DNA of 64,000 nucleotides, taken from positions 72,152 to 136,151 of the forward strand of contig JAXGNU010000005.1 in assembly GCA_040767805.1 (NCBI GenBank). The letters run 5' to 3'. Numbering within the stretch: position 1 is the stretch's first letter; every line of letters begins with the position of its first letter. Made by a program: the position numbers and the translations under genes. The DNA comes from Thermovirgaceae bacterium. Its GTDB lineage: Bacteria > Synergistota > Synergistia > Synergistales > Thermovirgaceae. The notes beneath the pieces were generated by a model. The model had not been told where the DNA came from. It was given only the letters and a program-made list of their open reading frames with translations, and did no database searches. Positions 28,611 to 37,769 of this stretch are shown in pieces.

Positions 28611-29120
28611 GTGGAACGTGAACCGATACTTGACAGAGTCGAATCCCTGGGTATTGAGTATGAAAGAAAGTACGGAGGATGCTCCCAGTGCGTTATAGGA
28701 GCCATCCGGGATACTTTCGGCGGGATCGACGACAGCGTGTTCAAGGCTGCTACTGGTCTGGCCGGCGGAGTTGGGCTAACAGGGGCTACCTGCGGGGCTT
28801 TGACTGGTGCGGCAATGGCGATCGGTGCCTTCTTGGGAAGGGAGTATGATCAGTTCGCCGATCCCGAAAGGATCAGGTTCACGACCTTTGAACTGGTTCG
28901 TCGCATGGTGGCCCGCTTTGAACAAGAATACGGAAGCACCCTGTGCCGGCATATTCAGGAAAAGATCATGGGCCGCTCCTACAAGCTCTATGACGAAGGT
29001 GAGCACAAGGCCTTTATTGAAGCCGGGGGCCACGACGACAAATGTCCTGTTGTCGTCGGTAAGGCCGCCCGATGGGTGGCCGAGATCCTGCTTGAGGAGG
29101 GCCTTGTGCAAGGTCATTGA
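28611..29120 (+). CDS. C_GCAxxG_C_C family putative redox protein
   Basis: GCSQCV, CGALTG, LCR and KC motifs. Confidence 0.85.
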   Translation: MEREPILDRVESLGIEYERKYGGCSQCVIGAIRDTFGGIDDSVFKAATGLAGGVGLTGATCGALTGAAMAIGAFLGREYDQFADPERIRFTTFELVRRMVARFEQEYGSTLCRHIQEKIMGRSYKLYDEGEHKAFIEAGGHDDKCPVVVGKAARWVAEILLEEGLVQGH

Positions 29121-29153
29121 GCGTTTAAGATCTCAACCTGGGAGGTCAACTCA

Positions 29154-29522
29154 ATGAAAAGAGAGATCCGCACCGATCGGTCGCCCGACCCGATAGGACC
29201 CTATTCCCAGGGCCTGGTGGTGGGCGGCAGGATCTACGTCTCTGGGCAGGGGCCGCTGGACCCCGCCACCGGCAAGATCCCCGGGACCATCGAGGAACAG
29301 ACGCGGCAGGTCCTGATCAACATCAGGAATATCCTCGAAGCCGGCGGGGCCACCATGGAACAGGTGGTCAAGACCACCGTCCACCTCGCCGATCTCAAGG
29401 ATTTCCAGGCCTTCAACGACGTTTACAAGGAATTTTTTAATCCCCCTTACCCGGTGAGGACCACCGTGGGTAGCGCGCTGCTGGGCATCCTCGTGGAGAT
29501 CGACGTCATCGCGGAGCTGTAA
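29154..29522 (+). CDS. RidA family reactive intermediate deaminase
   Basis: IGPYSQG, SGQ, PVRT and VEID motifs. Confidence 0.92.
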   Translation: MKREIRTDRSPDPIGPYSQGLVVGGRIYVSGQGPLDPATGKIPGTIEEQTRQVLINIRNILEAGGATMEQVVKTTVHLADLKDFQAFNDVYKEFFNPPYPVRTTVGSALLGILVEIDVIAEL

Positions 29523-29539
29523 AAGGCTGCTTTTCGCAA

Positions 29540-29554
29540 GTTAAGAAATGTTAA
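29540..29554. promoter_or_regulatory. possible CpxR/OmpR-type box
   Basis: GTTAA-N5-GTTAA upstream of the response regulator. Confidence 0.35.
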
Positions 29555-29645
29555 GGCTCCTTTTACAAGGGGTTACCCTTCTTGACGGCCCTTAAGACCT
29601 CCATGGGGTAGTATGGTGAGAACCTTGCCGATCGGGGGGAAAGCC

Positions 29646-30353
29646 GTGGAGAGGATACTGCTCGCCGATGACGACGCGGGCCTTTGCGAATTGCTCACCG
29701 AGTTCCTTGAATCGGAAGGCTTCAAGGTCGAGTCCGTCCACGACGGGAGCAAGGTCGTCGCTAGGGTCCTGGCGGAACGGTTCTCGCTGCTGATACTGGA
29801 CGTAATGCTCCCCGGGCTCTCGGGCATGGAGGTCCTCAAGGAGATCCGGCGGCAGTCGGCCATCCCCGTCCTGATGCTCACCGCCCGTGGCGACGACGTG
29901 GACCGCATCGTGGGCCTCGAACTGGGGGCCGACGATTACCTGCCCAAGCCCTTCAACCCCAGGGAACTGGTGGCCAGGATCCGGGCGGTGCTGCGCCGGG
30001 GGCGCCTCGATGGTTCCCGGGCCCCCCAGGCGGAGGTCTACCGCGTAGGCGACATGGTCATTGACCCCGCCGCGAGGCATGTGAGCTCCGGCGGCACCCG
30101 CATAGAACTGACCACGGTGGAGTTCGACCTGCTGGAGACCCTCGCCCAGTCGTCGGGGGTCGCCCTGTCGAGGGAGGCCCTGGTGAAAAGCGTCCTGAAA
30201 AGGTCCTTCTCCCCCTTCGACAGGAGCCTCGATGTCCATATCAGCAACCTCCGCCGGAAGATCGGCACCTACCCCGACGGGTCCGAGCGCATCAAAACCA
30301 TTCGGGGCCTGGGCTACATCCTCGCTCTGCCGCCCGAGGACTTCAAGCCGTGA
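29646..30353 (+). CDS. OmpR-family response regulator (CpxR-like)
   Basis: LDVMLP, GADDYLPKPF and DRSLDVHISNLRRK motifs. Confidence 0.92.
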   Translation: MERILLADDDAGLCELLTEFLESEGFKVESVHDGSKVVARVLAERFSLLILDVMLPGLSGMEVLKEIRRQSAIPVLMLTARGDDVDRIVGLELGADDYLPKPFNPRELVARIRAVLRRGRLDGSRAPQAEVYRVGDMVIDPAARHVSSGGTRIELTTVEFDLLETLAQSSGVALSREALVKSVLKRSFSPFDRSLDVHISNLRRKIGTYPDGSERIKTIRGLGYILALPPEDFKP

Positions 30354-31768
30354 GGGAGCGGAAGCTTTTCCTGAGGATATTCCTATGGTTTCTGGGGGCC
30401 ATGCTCTTGATGGCCCTCGTGAGCGTCCTCCTGACGGTCTTCATGACCCAGCAGGGCATCATCCTCACCGGGCAGCAGGAAGCCCTCTCGAACGCCCTGG
30501 ACAGGAACGGGAAAAGGCTTCTGGAGCTCCATGAGACGGAGACCCCCTCCCGCCTGAGTGAAGAGATCGAAAGGATCAGGAATGAAACGGGCCTCGCCAT
30601 ATTCATCTTCGACGGGCGGGGGACGCCGGTGCCCATCGAAGGCGGCCCCTCGGGGGAATTCCTGGTGAGGCTCGGCAAGGACGCCCTGAACCTCCTCGAC
30701 CAGGGGACCACTTTCCAGACCAGGGGGCAGTTCTCCTCGGTCTTCAGGCGGCTGGTTTCCCCCTCCGGCAAGGACTACATCCTGGTCGGGTCCTTCCGGA
30801 GGTCGCCCTACATCGCAAGGGTCCTTACGGGAAACCCCAAGGCGTTGGCGATCCACCTCCTGGGGCTCCTTGTCACGGCCCTCGTGTTTTGCTTCCTCCT
30901 CGCCCGGTACCTCGCGGATCCCCTGGTCCGGCTGAGCAGGACCGCCCGGTCCGTCTCGGGGGGGCGCCTGGATACCCCGGTGGACGACGGGGTGAAGAAA
31001 CGTTCCGATGAGATAGGGGAACTGGCCCGCAGCTTCGAGGCCATGACCAGGCATCTGACGACCCTGCTCGAAGCCCAGCGGCGGCTCATCCAGGACATCT
31101 CCCATGAACTGCGCACCCCCCTCGCCCGGCTTGGTGTGGCCCTTGAACTGGCGCGGAAAAAGTCCGGGGCCGTGGCGAAGGAGTCCCTGGACAGGATAGG
31201 ACGTGAATCGGAGGTACTGAACGTCATGATAGGGGACCTGCTCTCCCTGTCGAGGCTCGAGGCGGAGATGGAGCACATGGACTATGAGAAGGCCGATCTC
31301 GGGTCTATCCTCGAATCCGTCGTCGAGGACGCCAACTTCGAGGCGAGGGCTATGAAACGCAAGGTGGAGCTCGTCTACCCCGATGACCTGGGGCTGGTGA
31401 GGCTTTACAGCGAACTGGTCCGAAGGGCCGTAGAGAACATCGTTCGCAACGGTCTCCGGTACGCCCCCGAAGGGACCTCCGTCATAGTCAGGGCGGAACT
31501 TCTGGACAGGGATGGCCGCCCGGGGGTCTCCATCTCGGTCCGCGACCGGGGGCCCGGGGTTCCTGAAGCGGAACTGGAGGAGATCTTCAAACCCTTCTAC
31601 AGGACCGAGTCATCCCGCTCCCGTGATACGGGCGGTACCGGCCTCGGCCTCGCCATCGCACGGAAGGCGGCCCTCGCCCACGGGGGCGATATCCGTGCCG
31701 TGCTGCCCCCGGGAGGCGGTCTTCTGGTGGAGATGTGGCTCCCTATCCACCCGCAGGGCCGGGTATGA
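30350..31768 (+). CDS. HAMP sensor histidine kinase (CpxA-like)
   Basis: 2 TM segments, HAMP, SHELRTPL, DRGPG and GGTGLGL motifs. Confidence 0.92.
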   Translation: MRERKLFLRIFLWFLGAMLLMALVSVLLTVFMTQQGIILTGQQEALSNALDRNGKRLLELHETETPSRLSEEIERIRNETGLAIFIFDGRGTPVPIEGGPSGEFLVRLGKDALNLLDQGTTFQTRGQFSSVFRRLVSPSGKDYILVGSFRRSPYIARVLTGNPKALAIHLLGLLVTALVFCFLLARYLADPLVRLSRTARSVSGGRLDTPVDDGVKKRSDEIGELARSFEAMTRHLTTLLEAQRRLIQDISHELRTPLARLGVALELARKKSGAVAKESLDRIGRESEVLNVMIGDLLSLSRLEAEMEHMDYEKADLGSILESVVEDANFEARAMKRKVELVYPDDLGLVRLYSELVRRAVENIVRNGLRYAPEGTSVIVRAELLDRDGRPGVSISVRDRGPGVPEAELEEIFKPFYRTESSRSRDTGGTGLGLAIARKAALAHGGDIRAVLPPGGGLLVEMWLPIHPQGRV

Positions 31769-31868
31769 TCGCCGCCCCTTTAGCAATGATCTCTTCAGTG
31801 TGTATAATCGAAAGCGCTGAGGCAGTCCAAGTTCACAAAAGGTGAGATGACCCTTGAAGGACGATCGC

Positions 31869-32771
31869 ATGACGCCCCCGGTCCTGGCCGCCCTGGTAGC
31901 GGTTTATTTTTTTTGGGGGACCACGTACCTGGGGATGAAATTCGCCATCGAGACGCTTCCCCCTTTCATCATGCTCGGCCTCCGGTTCATCGCGGCGGGG
32001 GCCATCATGTTCGCCTGGGAATGGGTGCGGCTCAGGCCCAGGATAACCTGGGGCCAGTGGAAGGGCATGGGAATTGTCGGCGGCCTCATGCTCCTGGGCG
32101 GGACCGGCGGCGTCGCATGGTCGGAGCAGGTGGTGCCCTCCAACATCGCCGCCGTCGTGGTGGCCACGGTGCCGCTCTGGATAGCCGTCATCCGCTGGGC
32201 CTTCCTCCGCCACGACCGCCCCGAGAGGGTGACCATCGTCGGCTTGCTGACGGGTTTCGCCGGGATAATCATGCTCGTGGTCTACACCAGCGGTCCCTCC
32301 GCGGCCGAGGGTTACGGCCTGGGGCTCGTCGTCCTCGGTTTTTCGACCTTCCTGTGGTCGGCGGGTTCCCTCTATTCGAGGGCGGCCGATCAGCCCGACT
32401 CCCCGGCCCTGGGCATCTCGATGCAGATGCTCGTCGGGGGCCTTCTTAACCTCATCGTGGGGATCCTGTGCAACGGCGGTTCCATGGTGCCCCTGGCAGA
32501 GGTGTCGATGAGGTCCGCCGTGGCCCTGGCCTACCTAGTCGTGTTCGGGTCGATCGTGGGCTTCAGTTCCTATATCTGGCTCCTGAAGAAGACCGACCCG
32601 GCCCTGGCCTCCAGCTACGCCTACGTGAACCCCGTGGTGGCGATTATCCTCGGATGGTTGCTGGCCGGCGAGAGGCTCAACACGGGGAGCCTTGCCGCGA
32701 CGGCGGTCATCCTCTTCGGGGTGATCCTCATCGTGAGGGGGACGGTGAGGCCCGCCGCCCAGTCGTCCTGA
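31869..32771 (+). CDS. EamA/DMT transporter (YedA-like)
   Basis: WGTTY and YAYVNPVVA motifs; about 10 TM segments. Confidence 0.88.
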   Translation: MTPPVLAALVAVYFFWGTTYLGMKFAIETLPPFIMLGLRFIAAGAIMFAWEWVRLRPRITWGQWKGMGIVGGLMLLGGTGGVAWSEQVVPSNIAAVVVATVPLWIAVIRWAFLRHDRPERVTIVGLLTGFAGIIMLVVYTSGPSAAEGYGLGLVVLGFSTFLWSAGSLYSRAADQPDSPALGISMQMLVGGLLNLIVGILCNGGSMVPLAEVSMRSAVALAYLVVFGSIVGFSSYIWLLKKTDPALASSYAYVNPVVAIILGWLLAGERLNTGSLAATAVILFGVILIVRGTVRPAAQSS

Positions 32772-32800
32772 TATCCTGGGCTTCGTCGGGTAACGATAAG

Positions 32801-32840
32801 AAAAGGGAGGGTTCACCCCCAAGGGTGAACCCTCCCTTTT
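32801..32840. terminator. bidirectional intrinsic terminator
   Basis: AAAAGGGAGGGTTCACCC-CCAA-GGGTGAACCCTCCCTTTT. Confidence 0.88.
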
Positions 32841-32856
32841 GCCGCTTGTGGGAATC

Positions 32857-34245
32857 CTATTTCCCGTCCTTTACAGGTTTCGTCACCACCGGCGGAAGCG
32901 GTTTTTTCTGCCCCGGGGCTGGTCCGGGGTTCTTCGTCAGTATCGGCGGCACCGGCTTGTTCGGTGCCTTTGGCGGCGCCGGTTTTTCCTGGAACTTCGG
33001 TGGCGCCGGCTTGTTCGGTGCCTTCGGCGGCACCGGCTTTTCCTGGAACTTCGGTGGCGCTGGCTTGTTCGGTGCCTTTGGCGGCGCAGGCTTTTCCTGG
33101 AACTTTGGTGGTGCCGGTTTCTCCTGGAACTTTGGTGGCGCCGGTTTCTCCTGGAACTTTGGCGGTACCGGTTTCTCCTGGAACTTTGGTGGTGCCGGTT
33201 TCTCCTGGAACTTTGGCGGTGCCGGCCTGTTCGGCACATTAGGCGGCGCCGGTTTTCCCTGGTACTTCGGCGGCACCGGCCTGTCCTGGAACTTCGGCGG
33301 CGTCGGCCTTTCGCGGCCCCCCTGCCGGTTTTCCCTCTCCCGGATCAGGGAATCGAAGGTCTTGCGCTGTCCGTCATCGAGTATCGACCGGAACCTGTCC
33401 CTCGAGTCACGGGGCGGTGTCAGGCTTTCCCGGCGCCTTTGGAGTAGGTCCCGCCTGTACCTGTCGATGTCGCGGAAGGAATCGCGGTCCCAGTTCCTCT
33501 TGAGGTAATCCTTCTCGAGGTCCCTGTAGCGCCTCTCCCTGTCCCACCGGCGTTTGTACAGGTCGTCGTAGTAGCGCTCCATGTCCCTCCTCTGCTTTTC
33601 GCTCAGGTGGAGCCTGCGGTCCCAATCCCTCATCGCTTCCCGGTAGTAGCGGTAATGGTAGTCCCTGAAGCGGTCGGGCCTGTAGTAGTAGTCGTCGTAC
33701 CAGCGGTCGAAGTATATCTTGAAGGTATAGCGCTGGTTCATGTCCAGGATCCTGAAGAACAGGTAGAGAAAATCGTCGATCCTGATCCAGCGGCCGGGCC
33801 CGTAACCATAACCGTAACCGTAACCATAATCGTAGCCGTAGCCGGGGTCGTAATACCTGTCGGTGTCCTGGGCCTGGCTGAGAAGGAGGCCGAAGGCGAG
33901 GAGGGCCAAAAAGGTCCGAAAGTTGTCGTTCTCCCGTTCGATCACGACCCTGGGGCCGCCGGGCCTTATCATCCCGCCGAGGCTGAAGATTGCGTCCAGC
34001 CCGCCGGAATACCGCTGGTCGGGCCGGTAACCCCAGTCCCTGCCGCGGAGTTCCTGGAAGGTGCTCCTCTGGCTGGGCGTAAGGGCGAGGGCCCTCATCA
34101 GTTCCGGTGAAAAGAGGCTGTCCACCTCCTCCTCGGCCCAGTAAACCATCCCGTCGAGGTCGGGCCCGGCGGCCGAAGCCGCCACGGAGAGGCCCGTGCC
34201 GAGGAACAGGCTTCCCAATAGGAGCAGGGCTGTTATCTTTCTCAT
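32857..34245 (-). CDS. exported protein with LTxxQ-like (Spy/CpxP) motifs and Pro/Lys repeat tail
   Basis: Signal peptide; LALTPSQR, LHLSEKQR and ILDDGQR motifs; GGAGG RBS. Confidence 0.65.
   Translation of the reverse strand: MRKITALLLLGSLFLGTGLSVAASAAGPDLDGMVYWAEEEVDSLFSPELMRALALTPSQRSTFQELRGRDWGYRPDQRYSGGLDAIFSLGGMIRPGGPRVVIERENDNFRTFLALLAFGLLLSQAQDTDRYYDPGYGYDYGYGYGYGYGPGRWIRIDDFLYLFFRILDMNQRYTFKIYFDRWYDDYYYRPDRFRDYHYRYYREAMRDWDRRLHLSEKQRRDMERYYDDLYKRRWDRERRYRDLEKDYLKRNWDRDSFRDIDRYRRDLLQRRRESLTPPRDSRDRFRSILDDGQRKTFDSLIRERENRQGGRERPTPPKFQDRPVPPKYQGKPAPPNVPNRPAPPKFQEKPAPPKFQEKPVPPKFQEKPAPPKFQEKPAPPKFQEKPAPPKAPNKPAPPKFQEKPVPPKAPNKPAPPKFQEKPAPPKAPNKPVPPILTKNPGPAPGQKKPLPPVVTKPVKDGK
32944..33300 (-). 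repeat. 27-bp coding tandem repeat, about 13 units (PPKFQEKPA / PPKAPNKPA)
   Basis: Visible 9-aa periodicity in the translation. Confidence 0.92.
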
Positions 34246-34353
34246 GGGGCGTACCTCCGTTTCTCGAGAAAGGTATTCCCTTTCATGATCTCTTCGCGGT
34301 CCATTACCGATCCTCATTCTAGGGTCCATCTCATTAAGGTGCCCTTTGAAAAT

Positions 34354-34368
34354 GTAAAGAATTGTATA
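34354..34368. promoter_or_regulatory. possible CpxR box
   Basis: GTAAA-N5-GTATA about 110 bp upstream of the Spy-like gene. Confidence 0.45.
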
Positions 34369-34416
34369 GACCGCGAACGGGAGGGTGCGCCTCAAGGTCA
34401 GCCCCTCGAGGGGGCT

Positions 34417-35244
34417 TTATTCGATCTCCTGCATGGCCTGGGCCCTCGCTTCGGCCGAAAGGGTTCGGGCCCTCGCGGAAGCCGCACTGATGGCCTTCAT
34501 GAAGGCCGTCCGGATGCGGCTTTCCTCCAGTTCGTAGATCCCGTCAATGGTCACCCCTCCCGGGGTCAGCACCATGTCCCTCAACTCGGCGGGGTGTTTT
34601 CCCGTCTCAAGGAGGAGGCACGATGCCCCTATGGCCGTGTGGGCCGCCGCTATCAGGGCGAGGTTCCTGGGGAGCCCCTCCCTGAGCGCCCCGTATATCA
34701 TGGATTCGATCACGGTGAAGATGTAGGCCGGCCCCGAGCCCGACATGGCCGTAAGGACGTCCAGGTATTGTTCATCCACCTGCTGGATCTCTCCCAGTTC
34801 CATCAGTATCCTCTCCAGCAGGGGGAGCCTCTCCGCGGGGAAATCCCGCTCGGGGTAGAAGAGGGTAAACCCCTTGTGGATCCGGACGGCGATATTCGTC
34901 ATCGCCCTGACGAAGTGGGCCTTCGGCGCCGCCAGCTTCAGTATATCCGTCGAAATGGCCGCGGCGAAGGATACGACGGTCTTGCCGCTGACGGTCTCGG
35001 CGATCTCCTTGAGGACCGGGACCACCTGCGCCGGCTTGACGGACAGGATCACCAGGTCGGCGTCCTCGGCGGCCGCCCTGTTGTCGGAGGTCACCCTGAC
35101 GCCCTTTTCGCTGAGCCCGTTCAGTTTGTCGAAGCTTCGGCGCGTCGCCGTCACCGGGTATCGCGGCACAAGCGCCTCCGCGATGGCCCCTCCGACGATT
35201 CCGGCGCCGATCACGCAAATCCTTGTCTCGTCTTTCTCCTTCAT
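34417..35244 (-). CDS. proC: pyrroline-5-carboxylate reductase
   Basis: IGAG, LSVKP, TAMSGSGPAY and TPGGVT motifs. Confidence 0.93.
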   Translation of the reverse strand: MKEKDETRICVIGAGIVGGAIAEALVPRYPVTATRRSFDKLNGLSEKGVRVTSDNRAAAEDADLVILSVKPAQVVPVLKEIAETVSGKTVVSFAAAISTDILKLAAPKAHFVRAMTNIAVRIHKGFTLFYPERDFPAERLPLLERILMELGEIQQVDEQYLDVLTAMSGSGPAYIFTVIESMIYGALREGLPRNLALIAAAHTAIGASCLLLETGKHPAELRDMVLTPGGVTIDGIYELEESRIRTAFMKAISAASARARTLSAEARAQAMQEIE

Positions 35245-35261
35245 GATGATCCCCCCTGGGT

Positions 35262-35293
35262 AATAAAATGCCGCCGACCCGGAGGTCGGCGGC
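35262..35293 (-). terminator. attenuator terminator in proC leader
   Basis: GCCGCCGACC-TCCG-GGTCGGCGGC followed by ATTTTATT, just before the proC RBS. Confidence 0.75.
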
Positions 35294-35326
35294 CCTGGAT
35301 GCTTTCGCGTTGAACATGTCACTGGG

Positions 35327-35422
35327 TCAGGACAAGACCGTACCTTCCCGGGAGGGGCTCTTTCGGGACCTGGGCGGGACGCACGGGTTAGGTCGGGTCG
35401 TTCTTCTGACGGAAACCTGCAT
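35327..35422 (-). CDS. putative proC leader peptide, 31 aa, MQVSVRRTTRPNPCVPPRSRKSPSREGTVLS
   Basis: GAGGAG RBS 7 nt before ATG. Five Pro codons in 13. Lies between a promoter and a terminator. Confidence 0.6.
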   Translation of the reverse strand: MQVSVRRTTRPNPCVPPRSRKSPSREGTVLS

Positions 35423-35465
35423 GACAACGCTCCTCGCTTGAAGTCACCTTGATCGGTCGAGGAAA

Positions 35466-35494
35466 AAGATACCCCCAGATCCCGCTTTCGTCAA
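35466..35494 (-). promoter_or_regulatory. sigma70-like promoter of proC leader
   Basis: TTGACG-17 bp-TATCTT. Confidence 0.65.
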
Positions 35495-35565
35495 TACCCG
35501 GGTTCGATCCTGCTTGAAAAGAGGGGGACCTTGAGGTTAACCTTCTTAACGGGAGGGGGTCCGTA

Positions 35566-35775
35566 ATGGCAAGATGGCTCATGGCCGCCGGCGTGGTCCT
35601 GTTGTTGCTGGGGGCGGTCCTTCACTTCGCCCCCTGGCTCCTGTCATGGTTCGGCAAACTCCCCGGGGATATCTGCTACGAGACGGGGCGGACGAGGGTT
35701 TTCATACCCATCACTTCGATGGTCATCATCAGCCTTGTCCTTACGCTGGTGATGAACCTGCTCTCCAGGAGGTAA
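35566..35775 (+). CDS. DUF2905 family small membrane protein
   Basis: FGKLPGDI and FIPITS motifs. Confidence 0.88.
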   Translation: MARWLMAAGVVLLLLGAVLHFAPWLLSWFGKLPGDICYETGRTRVFIPITSMVIISLVLTLVMNLLSRR

Positions 35776-35793
35776 CGGGTACTCCGGCAGGCC

Positions 35794-37041
35794 TTACCCT
35801 TTCGCTTTCTGGCTGTCGATGGCCGTCACGGCGTGGTAAAGCAGTTCTACGCCCTTTTGCAGGTCCTCGTAATCGGTCCATTCCTCCGGGCAGTGGCTCC
35901 TGCCTCCCCTGCTCGGGACGAAGATCATCCCCGTGGGGAAAAAGGGGGCCATTATCATGGCGTCGTGTCCCGCCCCGCTGCTCATGGTCCGCCAGGAAAA
36001 GCCCAGCCCGTCGGCCTGGTCCTGGAGCACCCGGCGTATCCCCTCGTCCAGTTCCACCGGTTCGACTTCGAGAAGCTGCTCCACCCGGTAGGCCGTCCCG
36101 TCGGCGGCGGCCCTCTCGTCCAGGTCCCTCCTGACCCTGTCCTTGACCGCCTTGATCGACAGGGTGTCGAGGGAGCGGATATCCACGGTGAATTCGACCT
36201 CGCCGGGGACCACGTTCGCGGCCCCGGGCCTCACGACGAGGGAACCCACCGTCGTCACGGCGTCTCCGCCCTGTTCCGCGGCGAAGGATGGGATCCTCCC
36301 GATGACGACCGCCGCCGTCTTGAGGGCGTCGAGCCTCATGTCCATGGGGGTCGTCCCGGCGTGGTCCGGCCTCCCTTCGACGGTCACCCGGGTGAGGTCG
36401 GTGCCCACGATGCTCGTGACGATGCCCAGTTCGAAGCCCTCCCTTTCCAGCACGGGGCCCTGCTCAATGTGCATTTCCAGGAAGGCCCGCACTTCCCCCG
36501 GCTTTCTCCTCGCTTCGGCGATCCTCGCGGGGTCGAACCCGAAGCGGGTCAAGGCCTCGGCCAGGGTGACCCCGCCCTCGTCCTTGCGCTGTTCCAGTTC
36601 CTCCCGGGCGATCCCAAGGGTCATGGCGCGGCTTGAGAGGAAGCCGGCCCCGAAGCGCCCCCCTTCCTCCTCGATCATGGCTATCATCTCGACGGGGTGG
36701 GCCGTACGCACGCCCCTTTCCTCCAGGCAGCGGAGTACTTCCAGCGCCGCCACCACCCCGGCCTGCCCGTCGAAGTTGCCTCCGTGCCGCACGGAGTCGA
36801 AGTGGGAGCCCATCATGATGGGCGGGAGGGAAGGGTTGCCGCCCTCCCTTCTCCCGACGAGGTTCGCGGCGGCGTCTTCGTAGACATAGACCCCAAGTTC
36901 CCTAAGGCGCTCGGACAGGTAGTCCCGGGCTCCACGGTCCTCGGGCGTCAGGGAAAAGCGGGTGAGACCCTTCCCCGGGGTCGCGTTGAAGAGGGCCAGG
37001 TTTTCCAGGTCCTTCCGGATCCTGTCGAGGTCCGTCTTCAC
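35794..37041 (-). CDS. M20 Zn-dependent hydrolase (allantoate/N-carbamoyl-amino-acid amidohydrolase-like)
   Basis: GSHFDSV, EEEGGRF, EMHIEQGP, HAGTTPM and SGAGHDA motifs. Confidence 0.9.
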   Translation of the reverse strand: MKTDLDRIRKDLENLALFNATPGKGLTRFSLTPEDRGARDYLSERLRELGVYVYEDAAANLVGRREGGNPSLPPIMMGSHFDSVRHGGNFDGQAGVVAALEVLRCLEERGVRTAHPVEMIAMIEEEGGRFGAGFLSSRAMTLGIAREELEQRKDEGGVTLAEALTRFGFDPARIAEARRKPGEVRAFLEMHIEQGPVLEREGFELGIVTSIVGTDLTRVTVEGRPDHAGTTPMDMRLDALKTAAVVIGRIPSFAAEQGGDAVTTVGSLVVRPGAANVVPGEVEFTVDIRSLDTLSIKAVKDRVRRDLDERAAADGTAYRVEQLLEVEPVELDEGIRRVLQDQADGLGFSWRTMSSGAGHDAMIMAPFFPTGMIFVPSRGGRSHCPEEWTDYEDLQKGVELLYHAVTAIDSQKAKG

Positions 37042-37628
37042 GAGGCTTCCTCCTCTCCCGCCCCGGGCAGCAACTCGCCGCTGATGGTCTCCCTATCCCG
37101 TAAGGATACCAGGACACGGCGGGCGAGGTTCCTGCAAAGATCCAGGAAGATGCCGTAGGGGCGGCCGGCAAGGGAAAATATCAGCGACATGAAGGCCGAG
37201 GAAACCGCTATCTGCTTCCAGGTCGCCCCTGCGAAGAGGAGGACGATGACATAAAGGGGCACCTGGAAGATGACGAAGGCCAGGGTGTCGCCCCCGATCA
37301 TTTTCAGGGGCATTGTCCGGTCGATCCCCAGGAAGGTGAAAAGCCTGTCCCTGAACCAGCCGTAAGGCCTCCCGGTGACCAGGTTGACCGGTATGGCGGC
37401 GATCCTCGCCTGGACGGACTGGAAAAAGGTGAGCCTGGCGATGAAGATCTCGATCATCATGCACAGGGCCGTGGAGAAGATCATCATGGCCGTGATATCG
37501 GCGGCGGCCATGACGAGCCTGTCGCGCCTTTCACCCCGCCTGATGGTCCCATCCGACAAGGCATCCCGCCCCCTTCTCGCCCGCCGACGGGCCGGCTCTT
37601 CAAGACGCGCCGGCCGGTCGACCAACAA
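37038..37628 (-). CDS. L-alanine exporter AlaE-like (start uncertain)
   Basis: RPYGWFRD and DTLAFVIFQVPLY motifs. Confidence 0.75.
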   Translation of the reverse strand: MLVDRPARLEEPARRRARRGRDALSDGTIRRGERRDRLVMAAADITAMMIFSTALCMMIEIFIARLTFFQSVQARIAAIPVNLVTGRPYGWFRDRLFTFLGIDRTMPLKMIGGDTLAFVIFQVPLYVIVLLFAGATWKQIAVSSAFMSLIFSLAGRPYGIFLDLCRNLARRVLVSLRDRETISGELLPGAGEEEAS

Positions 37629-37769
37629 TTTTTAAATACTATATGAAAAACCCTCGAAGGGCCAGTCTTCCGGCGTTGCGGCGCCGAAGGTCCGTTTCGA
37701 TGGGGTGAGCCTGGTGCTATGATAACAGGGTAAATATCCCCGATCCGGACAGGAAAGGAGCTGGAGGAG

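Noticed and set aside
32944..33300. Possible CRISPR array
   Set aside because: The repeats are contiguous in-frame 27-mers with no unique spacers and no cas genes; this is a coding repeat.
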